Of a stretch of DNA of 64,000 nt, positions 9,127 through 19,867 are shown one piece after another. Position 1 is the first letter of the stretch; the number at the start of each line of letters is the position of its first letter. The stretch comes from Coraliomargarita sp. Its GTDB lineage: Bacteria > Verrucomicrobiota > Verrucomicrobiia > Opitutales > Coraliomargaritaceae. Where the stretch lies: NCBI GenBank assembly GCA_965216325.1, contig OZ244160.1, positions 2,144,001-2,208,000 of the forward strand. The letters are read 5' to 3'. Below the pieces are notes generated by a model that was given only the letters and a program-made list of their open reading frames with translations, was not told where the DNA came from and ran no database searches. The translations under genes were made by a program, and so were the position numbers.

Positions 9127-10554
9127 ATGACGCTTCATTTACGCCTATTCGCTTGTTGTTTGTTGTTGGGTCTCGCGTGTGTGCTGGAGGCGCAGACGGA
9201 TGCGGACTTGAAGCGGGGGCGCACGCAATACCTGAAATGGTGTGCGAACTGTCATGGCGAGCAACATGAGGGCGGGCTCGGGCGTTCGCTTAAAACGGAT
9301 CCATTCAAGCAGGTGGGCACGAGCATCAGTTTCCTGGAGTATGTGAAAAAGGGGAACACGAAGGTGGGGATGCCGAGCTTTGGCGGGGCGCTTTCGGATA
9401 AGCAGATCGGTTCTGTGGAGCAGTATATCATTGCGGTGCGCAAGGAGGCTGCTGCTGGAGCTGGGGATGGAGCGAGGTCTGAGGCGGGCGCGTCAAGTCG
9501 CGCCCCTACGGGGGACACGCATGCCTTTGAGGTGGAGGATTTTTTTGAATTGGAGGGCACGCCCTGGGCGATTCGGTTTTTTGCGGATGGCAGCGGTGGA
9601 TTCGTTACACGGCGCGAGGGCACGCTGCATCGTTTTAACCAAGAGGGGGAGCTGTTTGAGATTTGTGGCACGCCGGAGGTGCAGGTCGGTGGTCAGGGTG
9701 GTCTGATGGAAGTGGCGCTACACCCGGATTATGCCGACAACGGTTGGGTGTATTTGGCGTATTCCCACAAGCTGGCGGATGCGAAGCGTGCGATGACGCG
9801 GATTGTGCGCGGACGGGTTCAGTCGGATCGCTGGTTGCGCGAGGAGCTGATTTATGAAGCGCCGGAGGAGACCTATGTAGGTTCGAAGAACCACTGGGGC
9901 GTGCGCATTGTGTTTCAGGACGGCTATCTGTTTTTCCCGATCGGGGATCGTGGCAAGATGCAGGATGCGCAGGATCTGACGAAGCCGAATGGTAAGATCC
10001 ACCGCATCTATGACGATGGCCGGGTGCCGGCGGACAATCCCTTTGTGAAGGAGCCGGATGCGCTGCCGAGTATTTGGGCCTACGGGGTGCGCAATCCGCA
10101 GGGGCTGGATCTGCATCCTTCGACGGGCGCGCTTTGGGAGGCGGAGCATGGTCCGAAGGGGGGCGATGAGATTAATTTGATCGAGCCGGGCAAGAACTAT
10201 GGTTGGCCTGAGATTACGTACGGCATCAATTATAACGGTAAGCCGATCACGGATCGCACGGAAGCGCCGGGGATGGAGCAGCCGAAGCATTATTGGGTGC
10301 CGTCGATTGCGGTGTGCGGGATCGATTTCTACGAGGGCACGGTGTTTCCGAACTGGAATGCGAATTTGTTTGCCGGTGGCTTGGCGGCGCAGGAGCTGCA
10401 TCGCTTGATCATTCAGGACGGCGAGGTGGTCGACTCGGAGATTGTGCTGAAGGGCGAGGGGCGTATCCGGGATGTGGAGACAGGCCCGGATGGGTATTTG
10501 TATCTGGTGCTGAATAGCCCGGATAAAGTCGTGCGGCTGGTGCCGGGGGACTGA
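9127..10554 (+). CDS. PQQ-dependent sugar dehydrogenase (GSDH/YliI-like) with N-terminal cytochrome c; exported
   Basis: Signal peptide from ATG 9127, CANCH heme motif with distal Met (VGMPSF), then GSDH motifs GQGGLMEVALHPDY, GVRNPQGL, EHGPKGGDEIN and GRIRDVETGPDG. Confidence 0.9.
   Translation: MTLHLRLFACCLLLGLACVLEAQTDADLKRGRTQYLKWCANCHGEQHEGGLGRSLKTDPFKQVGTSISFLEYVKKGNTKVGMPSFGGALSDKQIGSVEQYIIAVRKEAAAGAGDGARSEAGASSRAPTGDTHAFEVEDFFELEGTPWAIRFFADGSGGFVTRREGTLHRFNQEGELFEICGTPEVQVGGQGGLMEVALHPDYADNGWVYLAYSHKLADAKRAMTRIVRGRVQSDRWLREELIYEAPEETYVGSKNHWGVRIVFQDGYLFFPIGDRGKMQDAQDLTKPNGKIHRIYDDGRVPADNPFVKEPDALPSIWAYGVRNPQGLDLHPSTGALWEAEHGPKGGDEINLIEPGKNYGWPEITYGINYNGKPITDRTEAPGMEQPKHYWVPSIAVCGIDFYEGTVFPNWNANLFAGGLAAQELHRLIIQDGEVVDSEIVLKGEGRIRDVETGPDGYLYLVLNSPDKVVRLVPGD
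9483..9509 (-). repeat. GTAG-type REP inside a coding linker
   Basis: ggcgggcgcgtcaagtcgcgcccctac is identical to the intergenic copies ending at 10795 and 11648. Confidence 0.8.
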
Positions 10555-10562
10555 GTCGTATG

Positions 10563-10596
10563 ACTCTTAATCTTAATCCTACTCGTAATCCTAATC
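10563..10596. repeat. 34-bp hexamer-based repeat (inverted partner of 7550-7583); related partial copy near 12469-12500
   Basis: actcttaatcttaatcctactcgtaatcctaatc read directly. Confidence 0.8.
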
Positions 10597-10668
10597 TTGA
10601 GGCTGCTCAGGCGTAGTTGGATCGCGCGAAGGACGCGAAGACGCGCAAAGGGCTGCTTAGGTGTGGGG

Positions 10669-10795
10669 TTTAACCGCTTAAGGGAGCTGAATGAACGCTT
10701 AAGTTACAATGCTGGTGATTTGAGTGTATTTAAGCGTGATTAAGCGGTGTGTTTCCTTGTCTGCTGGGGGCGGGCGCGTCAAGTCGCGCCCCTAC
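10669..10795. repeat. ~127-bp direct repeat, copy 1, ending in a GTAG-REP
   Basis: tttaaccgcttaaggg…gcggtgtgtttccttgtctgctgggggcgggcgcgtcaagtcgcgcccctac; near-identical copy at 11522-11648 and a partial copy at ~12596-12625. Confidence 0.9.
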
Positions 10796-10824
10796 GCTTT
10801 GATGGGGGCCTGACGGGCTGAGGG

Positions 10825-11070
10825 CTAGGCTTTGGAGAATTGTCCGAAGTCGCCTTTGGCTAGGCCTTCGAAGGATAAGTCCTCATCGAGATCGGGCCAG
10901 TGGAGGCCAAGCGGTGAAATCTCAATGTGGTTTAACTGCTCTGGGCTGCCTTTGCTCAGCCTTGGATTCTTGTCCACCGGAAACTTGATCTCAACGCCAG
11001 TCTCCATGGATACGTAGATGTAGCCATTGAGGAAAGATGCTTGGATTTGGTTATTGGTTAAGGTGTTCAT
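10825..11070 (-). CDS. DUF2442 family antitoxin
   Basis: 81 aa with PRL…PEQL..IEIS..GLHWPDLDEDLS..GL; overlaps the end of the upstream DUF4160 gene. Confidence 0.88.
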   Translation of the reverse strand: MNTLTNNQIQASFLNGYIYVSMETGVEIKFPVDKNPRLSKGSPEQLNHIEISPLGLHWPDLDEDLSFEGLAKGDFGQFSKA

Positions 11071-11286
11071 TCCACTTCTCCACGATAAGTTGTTGGTTCG
11101 CTTCTGCGAGTGATTGGGCCTTGGTTAACTCCTTTACCTTGAGGCCATGCGATTCACGTAGTTCGATGCTTCCGTTGACATTGAAAACGGCCTCCCTCCT
11201 GAGTAACGAACATGCACGTGTATCGGTTCGTGGTCATTACTGTAAAAGAAGAATTTGAAGCCATCTTGTTCAAATATGATCGGCAT
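11051..11286 (-). pseudogene. DUF4160 family toxin, frameshifted by a 1-bp deletion
   Basis: MPIIFEQDGFKFFFYSNDHEPIHVHVRYSGG, then a frame change at ~11191-11198, then EAVFNVNGSIELRESHGLKVKELTKAQSLAEANQQLIVEKWNEHLNQ*. Total span is 236 bp, one base short of a multiple of 3. Confidence 0.8.
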
Positions 11287-11521
11287 GTTATGAGAATGTT
11301 CAAAAGCAGTAGCTTTTCAATTTCTATTTCCTTAGGCCAAATGGCTGCTCAGCTTTTGGTTTGGGACCGTTAATGGACGTTAATGAACGTGAATGCTTCC
11401 GAGGTGTGTGTTGGGGCTTGGATTGGTAGCACCACTCCGTCTCGCTGCGCGATCCACCCCTCCTCGTCAAGGAGGGGAGTTAGGGAAGGCCTTGACTGGT
11501 TGGAGTTGCTCAGGAGTAGGC

Positions 11522-11648
11522 TTTAACCGCTTAAGGGCGCTGAATGAACGCTTAAGTTACAATGCTGGTGATTTGAGCGTATTTTAGGGTAATTTAGCGG
11601 TGTGTTTCCTTGTCTGCTGGGGGCGGGCGCGTCAAGTCGCGCCCCTAC
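11522..11648. repeat. ~127-bp direct repeat, copy 2; its GTAG supplies the cobB stop codon
   Basis: Near-identical to 10669-10795. Confidence 0.9.
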
Positions 11649-12334
11649 CGTTGGGTGAGTTGCTCGACTAGGTCGGGGAGGGCGGTGGCGGCGGTTTGTT
11701 CGATGAAGTTGAAGTCGTAGCGGCGGGCCTCGTCGGGGATTTCGGGGTTGATGAGGTATTTGTCGGCTGTCTTGGGTGCGAGGAAGGCGAGGCTGGCGGC
11801 GGGATAGACTACCAGTGAGGTGCCGACCACGAGGAGGACGTCGGCTTGGCGGACGATGCGCTCGGCTTCGGTCATCATCGGGACGGACTCGCCGAACCAC
11901 ACGATGTGTGGGCGCAGCTGGCTGCCTTTGGGGCATGTGTCGCCGAGCTCGATGTCTTTGCCGTGAAGTTCGATTCGGATGGATTCGTCTTCGGTGCTGC
12001 GGGCGTAGTCGAGCTCGCCGTGCAGGTGCAGCACTTGGCTGGAGCCGGCGCGCTCGTGGAGGTTGTCGACGTTTTGGGTGATGATGTGGACGTCGTGGTG
12101 CTGTTCGAGTTCAGCGAGGGCACGGTGCGCGGCGTTGGGCTCGACTTCGTAGAGCTGGCGCCGGCGCATGTTGTAGAACTCCAGCACGAGGTCGGGTGCG
12201 TCGAACCAGGCCTCGGGGGTGGCCACGTCTTCGATGCGGTAGCCCTCCCAGAGGCCGCCGGCGTCGCGGAAGGTTTTGAGTCCACTTTCGGCACTGATGC
12301 CGGCTCCGGTGAGAACGACGATCTGTTTTCGCAT
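11645..12334 (-). CDS. cobB: NAD-dependent protein deacylase (sirtuin)
   Basis: GAGISAESG..TFR, ITQNVDNLHERAG, HLHG, RPHIVWFGE, GTSLVVYPAA. Start placed at MRKQIVV. Confidence 0.93.
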   Translation of the reverse strand: MRKQIVVLTGAGISAESGLKTFRDAGGLWEGYRIEDVATPEAWFDAPDLVLEFYNMRRRQLYEVEPNAAHRALAELEQHHDVHIITQNVDNLHERAGSSQVLHLHGELDYARSTEDESIRIELHGKDIELGDTCPKGSQLRPHIVWFGESVPMMTEAERIVRQADVLLVVGTSLVVYPAASLAFLAPKTADKYLINPEIPDEARRYDFNFIEQTAATALPDLVEQLTQR

Positions 12335-12780
12335 GAGAGCTAAGTAATAGTGTTCCGAGTGAAGCGACAAGACTGACCGCAGTGCGGATCGGACCAGAGT
12401 TAGGGGGGGGGAGTTGTTAGTTGTTCGGGCTTAGTTGTTCGGGAGGCTGCTGGGACTGTTCTTAACTGACTCCTAATCCTAATCTTGGGGCTGCTCATGC
12501 GTGTTTTTAACCGCGGTCGGGTATCGGTTTGGGTGCATGCCTAGGCTCACTGGTGACGCGCAAGCGCGCACGCTACGGAGTGTGGTTCTGCTGATGCGGT
12601 GTGTTTCCTTGTCTGTTGGGGGCGGAGGCATGCGGTGGTGCTACCTTTGATTCGAGGATTTCTCATCGTTTGACCGCTCTCATCAAAGTTGCTCATGCTT
12701 GGATCAAATAGTTTTTCTGGCGCGTGGGCGTTGTCGGCTTGCATCCGTGGGGCAATGCGGCAGTTTCTTGCGTTTCATTT

Positions 12781-13422
12781 ATGAGCGACACACAAAGCAC
12801 TTCGGTAAAACCTCGACTCGCTGTCATCGACTACGGCATGGGCAATCTGCGCTCGGTCGTGCGGGCATGGGAGCATGAGGGGGCTGATGCGCAACTGGTG
12901 ACGAGTCCCGATCAACTCGCGGGTGCGGATGCAGTCGTGTTTCCGGGGCAGGGCGCGATCGTCGATACCATGCAGTTGCTGCAGCAGACCGGTTTCGACC
13001 ATGCGATTCGCGACTGGGTGGCGGCGGACAAGCCGTTCTTCGGCATTTGCCTCGGGCTACAGGCACTATTTGAGCACTCGGAAGAGGGCGATTGCGCGGG
13101 CCTGGGCATCTTCAAGGGCGAGGTGAAGCGCTTTCAGATCGACCCTTCGCTGAAGATCCCGCACATGGGCTGGAATACCGTCGAGTTTGCCGCGGATGCG
13201 CCCTTGACTGAGGGGCTCGTCAGCGGTCAGGACCAGTTTTATTTCGTTCACAGCTACCACATCGAACCTCAAGATCCGGCTCTGAGCTGGTTTGAGACGG
13301 ATTACGGCAAGCGCTTTGTTTCGGGCATCCACTCGGGCAATTGCTATGCCACACAGTTCCACCCGGAAAAAAGTCAGGCAAAAGGATTGCAACTTTACCG
13401 GAACTTTCTCAAATCCCTCTGA
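12781..13422 (+). CDS. hisH: Imidazole glycerol phosphate synthase glutamine amidotransferase subunit
   Basis: [43 protein letters not shown]. Confidence 0.95.
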   Translation: MSDTQSTSVKPRLAVIDYGMGNLRSVVRAWEHEGADAQLVTSPDQLAGADAVVFPGQGAIVDTMQLLQQTGFDHAIRDWVAADKPFFGICLGLQALFEHSEEGDCAGLGIFKGEVKRFQIDPSLKIPHMGWNTVEFAADAPLTEGLVSGQDQFYFVHSYHIEPQDPALSWFETDYGKRFVSGIHSGNCYATQFHPEKSQAKGLQLYRNFLKSL

Positions 13423-13496
13423 CCCTTGCTCAGCTGTTGATTAACAACGACATGCAACTTATAGACCCTATTAGGGAAACTACTACCAAGACTACC

Positions 13497-14788
<1,292 letters not shown>

Positions 14789-14789
<1 letters not shown>

Positions 14790-15691
14790 TGCGATTGAAT
14801 TTACAACGATTGATCACACTTATCGCGGGGGCGGCTCTTTTGGGGGCCGCCTTCGTTGTCAATGCATTCGCGGGCGCCGAACAGTCCGGGCCGTTGGAGA
14901 TTTTAGCGCCTGAGGACGTGATCGAGGATTACCATCGTTTTCTTGGCACGCGGGATCCGTTGAAGATCGAAGACTACTCCGGGCCGTATGCGCGGCGCGA
15001 TGTGGTGGAGTTGGTGCTGGTGCAGCAGGCCTTGCAGCTCGGCGGGAATGAGCGTCCGGTGAAGTGGGTCCCGACTCGCTTGTATAGGAATTCGATGTCT
15101 GAGTTGAAGACTGGGCGCTACGTGTTGAATGGCAGCTCGGTGTGGGAGCGCGATGTGCAGGCGAGTGAGGCGCGCTTGTACGCCAGTGAAGCCTTGCTGG
15201 ATGATGGGCAGTTTGTGGTTGGTTTCTATGCTGCTGCGACCAACCGCAGAGCCTTGAGTGCCACGAGCCTGGCTGATCTTAAAGGGCTGAGGGCTGCCTC
15301 GAATAAGCATTGGAAACCGGATTGGCTCATGCTGCACGCATTGGGCATGGAGGAGGTTCGTGACGCGCGCAGCTGGGAGACCATCGTGTTGTTGTTGGCG
15401 AGTGGACGCGCCGACTTTACGCTGGCTCCGTTTAATGCTGCGGAAGGCATGAGAATTGAGAATGGTGAGTGCACGCTTTTGCCGATCCCAAAACTGAAGA
15501 CGGCGCTGCCAGGGAAGCGTGTGTGGATGGTTTCAAAGGCCCATCCGCAGGGCTCAGTAATCTTCGAGCAGTTGCAGCGGGGGCTCGCAAAGTTGCGCGA
15601 GCAGGGGCGTGTGCAACGCGCGTATACCGAATGTGGTTTTTTGAATGCAGAGGTGAAGGATTGGCAGTTGTTGCTGCCAGAGAGTGAGTAG
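14789..15691 (+). CDS. Exported periplasmic-binding-protein-like (family 3-like) hypothetical protein
   Basis: 300 aa with a signal peptide; LADLKGL…W..DW..L and LASGRADF resemble solute-binding folds. Confidence 0.55.
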
Positions 15692-15979
15692 CAGAGGCTA
15701 TTTGCCTGCTACAAGCGCAGGCGCGTCTCGCGCTGCAGGAGCTGAGGCTCGGTTGGGCTTACAACGACGTGGTGCGCACCGAGACGGTGCGGCGCTACCT
15801 CCAACATCTGAATCCGCCTGCTTTCGACAGGCTTACGCCAGGCAGGGCGAACCACTCCGACTGAGCCAGTCGGTTATCTCTCTTTGAAAAGGCGGGGAGT
15901 GTTTAGCTCCTCCCTTGTTAAGGGGAAGTGATCTGCTTGTCGGGTCGAAAGGTTGGGTTGTAAGAGACCGAAGTTCTGG

Positions 15980-16546
15980 CTATGCTTTACGCGCAAGCCA
16001 CAAGATCGGCGGAATGCGGTCGCCTTTGACGACCGGTTCGTGGCTCTCTACTTGCCAATTGTATTCGCGCAACGAATACATCCATTTAGCGACGGCATCG
16101 GCTTCGGTCTGGCCGCCTTCGTGTCCACGGTAGGCGGTGACGAGGAGCAGGCCGTCGTCTTTGAGGAGTTTGGCACAGCTGTCGAGTGCGGGCAGGGTAC
16201 TTGCTTCGCAGGTCTGGATAGTTTTGTCGCTCCCCGGTAGGTAGCCGAGGTTGAAGGTGATCGCGCTTACTTGAGCAGTTCGCGTTGTTGTCAGGTCCTG
16301 CAGCACACGGGCATGGTCACCGGTGTGGAGCTCGCACTGATTTGTCAGACCAGCTGCATCGAGGCGCGCGTGGGTGGAATCAATGGCAGCCTGTTGCAAG
16401 TCGATGGCGATGACTTTGCCTTCGGGGCCGACGAGTGTGGCGAGCCTGGCCGTGTCGTAACCGTTGCCGGCAGTGGCATCGATCACGGTGTCGCCTGTGT
16501 GCACTTGGGTATCCAGTTGCTGATGTACGAGTTCAGTTAAGCGCAT
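15980..16546 (-). CDS. Class I SAM methyltransferase, YtqB/MnmM (rRNA_methylase) family
   Basis: VIDATAGNGYDT, AIDLQ..AI, FNLGYLPGSDK, YRGHEGG..E. Confidence 0.85.
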   Translation of the reverse strand: MRLTELVHQQLDTQVHTGDTVIDATAGNGYDTARLATLVGPEGKVIAIDLQQAAIDSTHARLDAAGLTNQCELHTGDHARVLQDLTTTRTAQVSAITFNLGYLPGSDKTIQTCEASTLPALDSCAKLLKDDGLLLVTAYRGHEGGQTEADAVAKWMYSLREYNWQVESHEPVVKGDRIPPILWLARKA

Positions 16547-16602
16547 TGAAGAGAGGGGCGAGGGTTGAGGCTTGAGAGCTGAAGGGCGGATGCTTGAGGG
16601 GT

Positions 16603-16675
16603 GTCGGGGCGTTGCTTGCGGTGCCCGCAAGTATATCGGTTCAGAGGAGGCGGGCTCCGCGAGCAGAGCCCCTAC
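16603..16675. repeat. Inverted REP pair
   Basis: gtcggggcgttgcttgcggtgcccgc … cgggctccgcgagcagagcccctac; the first arm closely resembles 43614-43638. Confidence 0.7.
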
Positions 16676-17760
16676 GATTTGCTGCGAAAGCGGCGGATGT
16701 CGATCTCTTCGTCGAGTTCGGTGCCGTGGAGGAGGTGGTCGACGAGCAGTCGGCTCATCTCCGGTGCGAGGGAGGCACCCTTGGAGCCGAGGCCATTGAA
16801 TATGTGCAGGTTTGGCTTGTCATGATGGCTGCCTAGGAAGGGGCGCACATCGGCAGTGCTCGGGCGTAGACCGGCGAGGTGCTGCACGATCTCAACCTGA
16901 TGCTCCTTGTTGATGAAACTGTAGAGGCCGTCGAGTAGCTGCTCTTTGCCGTCTTCGGTCGGTTCGCAGGAAAGATCGTCGACTTCGTAGGTGGCGCCGA
17001 GGCGGATGGTGTGATCGCCGTAGGGCAAAATCCATTTCTGGTGATGGTAGATCGCCTTGGGCAATTCAAGGCTGGGGCATTTGACGATGAGTGTTTCTCC
17101 TTTAATTGGCGTGAGGGGCAGCCAGTTGAACCAAGGGTTGTTGCGCAGGTTGGCGCCTTCGCAAAAGATAACCTGCGCCGCGCGAATGGCTTGGTAGCTG
17201 TAGCCAGTCGGCGTCTGTTTGAGCGCCGAGTAGTGAAAACACGCATCGTCGAGTGTGCCCTGTTCGATAAAGTGAGCACGAAGGGTCTTGAGTAAGCGGG
17301 GTAGGTCGACATAGGCGGCACCGAGAATGTCAAAATGTCCGTGGGTGTCTTTGATATCTTTCGGGCCGGTGCCGACTGCATGAAAGTCGCCGAGCACATC
17401 GCTATAGCGTGGGTTGCGCATTCGGCGACCGATGCGCTTCACGTCTTCGTCGTTCTGGCAGTAGCGGTGCAGCGGGATCTGATGGTAGAGCTCAATGCCG
17501 AACTGCTGCTCGATGCTACGGTAGCAGCGCTCCGCTTCGGGGCCCAGTGTCTCAAACTCCCAACTCTTTACGGCCCAGCGTCCGGTGACGGGATTGATCA
17601 CGCCGGCCGCGACGGCTGAGGCACTGGGAGCGGCGCAGTCGCCGACCAAGTGTACGGATTGGCCAGCTTGCTCCAGGCGCCATGCCAGTAGGCAGCCGGC
17701 AAGTCCGGCTCCGACGATGAGGTAATCGTTCGTTGTTTGTTGTTGCTTGTTCGCTTTCAA
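16672..17760 (-). CDS. FAD-dependent oxidoreductase, DAO / MnmC-oxidase-like
   Basis: IVGAGLAG, ASAVAAGVINPVTGR, KGE, GATY, AGLRP, NGLGSKG. Confidence 0.85.
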   Translation of the reverse strand: MKANKQQQTTNDYLIVGAGLAGCLLAWRLEQAGQSVHLVGDCAAPSASAVAAGVINPVTGRWAVKSWEFETLGPEAERCYRSIEQQFGIELYHQIPLHRYCQNDEDVKRIGRRMRNPRYSDVLGDFHAVGTGPKDIKDTHGHFDILGAAYVDLPRLLKTLRAHFIEQGTLDDACFHYSALKQTPTGYSYQAIRAAQVIFCEGANLRNNPWFNWLPLTPIKGETLIVKCPSLELPKAIYHHQKWILPYGDHTIRLGATYEVDDLSCEPTEDGKEQLLDGLYSFINKEHQVEIVQHLAGLRPSTADVRPFLGSHHDKPNLHIFNGLGSKGASLAPEMSRLLVDHLLHGTELDEEIDIRRFRSKS

Positions 17761-17811
17761 TGGGAGTTTAGCTAAGCTGCACTAGAAACTTTCAACAAAC
17801 AACAACATCCC

Positions 17812-18267
17812 GTGAATCTTTTTCATCAATTTCGTGAGAAGTTTTTCAACAAGGCCTTGTCGGTGCCCGGGCCAGACAGCTCGCGTGCTGAGCGTGGCCG
17901 TTATGGTGAAGATTTGGCGGCGCAGTATTGCCGGAGGACGCTTGGCTATCGGCAGATCGCCCGCAACTGGCGCTATAAGCAGGATGAGCTCGATTTGATC
18001 TGCCGCGATGGTGAAGTGCTCGTGTTCATTGAAGTGCGTGCGCGCAGTGAGTCGGCGCTGGTTTCGGGCGTTGATTCAGTGGATGCGAAGAAAAAGCAGA
18101 AGCTGCTGCGCGCGTGTAAGGCCTACCTTGGGCAGCTGGATCAACCGCCGAAACACTTGCGTTTTGATGTGATCGGGGTTGTCTTGCGGGGAAACGAGCC
18201 GGGGGAGGTCCGGCACTACCAAAACATATCACTTTTTCCAAAGCACTACTCCGCCGCGCGGCGATAG
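17812..18267 (+). CDS. yraN: YraN (UPF0102) family nuclease-fold protein
   Basis: GRYGEDLAA, RNWR…ELDLI, FIEVRAR, RFDVI. Confidence 0.88.
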   Translation: MNLFHQFREKFFNKALSVPGPDSSRAERGRYGEDLAAQYCRRTLGYRQIARNWRYKQDELDLICRDGEVLVFIEVRARSESALVSGVDSVDAKKKQKLLRACKAYLGQLDQPPKHLRFDVIGVVLRGNEPGEVRHYQNISLFPKHYSAARR

Positions 18268-18269
18268 TT

Positions 18270-19823
18270 ATGACTGACCAACTAGACGAATCCAGACACC
18301 CCTTTTTGAAGGGACTGAGCAAGCATCGTGGTGCGGTGCCTACCGTTATGGTGATCTTTGGCGCTTCCGGTGACTTGTGTGCCCGTAAGCTTGTGCCAGC
18401 GATCTTTAACCTCGGAGTGGACAACCTGCTGCCAGGTGACTTCCATCTGATCGGCTTCGGCCGTAAGCCGATCGAGGACGACACATTCCGCACGCTGATG
18501 GATGACGCGATCGGTGAGTTCTCCCGTCGACCACTGAATGCGGAGATCTGGGAGCGCGTGCGTGCCAACATGACCTACCACGCTGGTGGCTATGACGATC
18601 CGGCAACCTTTGTGGAGCTGGCGCAGCAGATCGACGCGATCGAAGCCGACCTGGGCCGTGAAGTGCAGCGCCTGTTTTACATTTCAACACCACCGAGTGT
18701 GTTTGAGCCAATCATTGCAAACCTTGGCAGTAGCGGCATGGCGAATGCGCACGTGGGCACTAAGCTTGCTTCGAAGGTAATTATTGAAAAGCCCTTTGGT
18801 CGCGACCTTGAGTCGGCGCGTCAGTTGAATGCGTCGATCAATAGTGTGTTTGAAGAGTCGCAGGTGTATCGCATCGACCACTATCTCGGAAAGGAGACGG
18901 TGCAGGACTTGTTGGTGCAGCGTTTTGCCAATTCGATTTTTGAGCCACTCTGGAATCGTGAGTATGTGGAGAATGTACAGATCACGGTGGCGGAAAGCCT
19001 CGGTGTCGGCACACGCGGTGGCTACTACGACACGAGTGGTGCCCTGCGTGATATGATTCAGAATCACACCATGCAGTTGGTCGCGCTGACTGCGATGGAG
19101 CCACCCGTCTCGCTGGACCCGGAGTCGATCCGCGATGAGAAGGTGAAGGTGTTGAAGGCGATTCAGCCACTGGAGCTGAAGCCGGAAGGGGGCGACGTCA
19201 TTCGTGGCCGCTATACCGGTGGCTTAGTCAACGGTGAGCCGGTTCCTGGCTACATGGAGGCCGAGGGCATTCCTGCGGACTCCAGCACCGAGACCTATGC
19301 TGCCTTACGTCTGTCGATTAACAATTGGCGCTGGAAGGGTGTGCCCTTCTACATTCGTTCCGGTAAGCGCATGGCGCGCCGTGCCAGTGAGATCGCGATC
19401 CAGTTCAAGCGTCCGCCGGGTATTCTGTTCTCGGAGGGCAGTAAGTTTGACGTGGCACCGAACACGATGGTGATCCGTATTCAGCCGGACGAAGGTGTGA
19501 CTTTGGTGATGAATTCCAAGGTGCCGGGGCTCGAAACCCGTACGCAGCCGGTGAAGATGCACTTCCGCTATGCGACGACCTTTGGCTCCAATACACCGGA
19601 GGCCTACGAGCGTCTGATCCTCGATGCGATGATCGGTGACAGCACCCTGTTCATTCGTGGTGACGAAACCGAAGCGTCCTGGAAGCTGGTGACACCGATT
19701 CTTGAATATTGGAAAGAGTGTGGTCAGCAAGGCCTTGAGGAGTATGCCGCGGGTTCCTGGGGACCACTTGCGAGCGAGCAGTTGCTTTGGGAGAAGGGCC
19801 ATCAGTGGCGCAAGTCGGGTTGA
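18270..19823 (+). CDS. zwf: Glucose-6-phosphate 1-dehydrogenase
   Basis: GASGDL, IEKPFG, YRIDHYLGKETVQ, RWKGVPFY.R.GKR, PEAYERLI. Confidence 0.97.
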   Translation: MTDQLDESRHPFLKGLSKHRGAVPTVMVIFGASGDLCARKLVPAIFNLGVDNLLPGDFHLIGFGRKPIEDDTFRTLMDDAIGEFSRRPLNAEIWERVRANMTYHAGGYDDPATFVELAQQIDAIEADLGREVQRLFYISTPPSVFEPIIANLGSSGMANAHVGTKLASKVIIEKPFGRDLESARQLNASINSVFEESQVYRIDHYLGKETVQDLLVQRFANSIFEPLWNREYVENVQITVAESLGVGTRGGYYDTSGALRDMIQNHTMQLVALTAMEPPVSLDPESIRDEKVKVLKAIQPLELKPEGGDVIRGRYTGGLVNGEPVPGYMEAEGIPADSSTETYAALRLSINNWRWKGVPFYIRSGKRMARRASEIAIQFKRPPGILFSEGSKFDVAPNTMVIRIQPDEGVTLVMNSKVPGLETRTQPVKMHFRYATTFGSNTPEAYERLILDAMIGDSTLFIRGDETEASWKLVTPILEYWKECGQQGLEEYAAGSWGPLASEQLLWEKGHQWRKSG

Positions 19824-19867
19824 ATTCGTGCGAAGGTGTGAATGTTTAAAAGTGCGAAGGTTGAAAA

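Noticed and set aside
12403..12411. G9 tract upstream of cobB as a phase-variation switch
   Set aside because: It sits in a repeat mosaic and no promoter elements could be tied to it.
7350..12700. Possible CRISPR array or integron attC array
   Set aside because: Repeats are heterogeneous and irregularly spaced with no repeat-spacer periodicity; there is no cas or intI gene and no convincing RYYYAAC…GTTRRRY attC structure.
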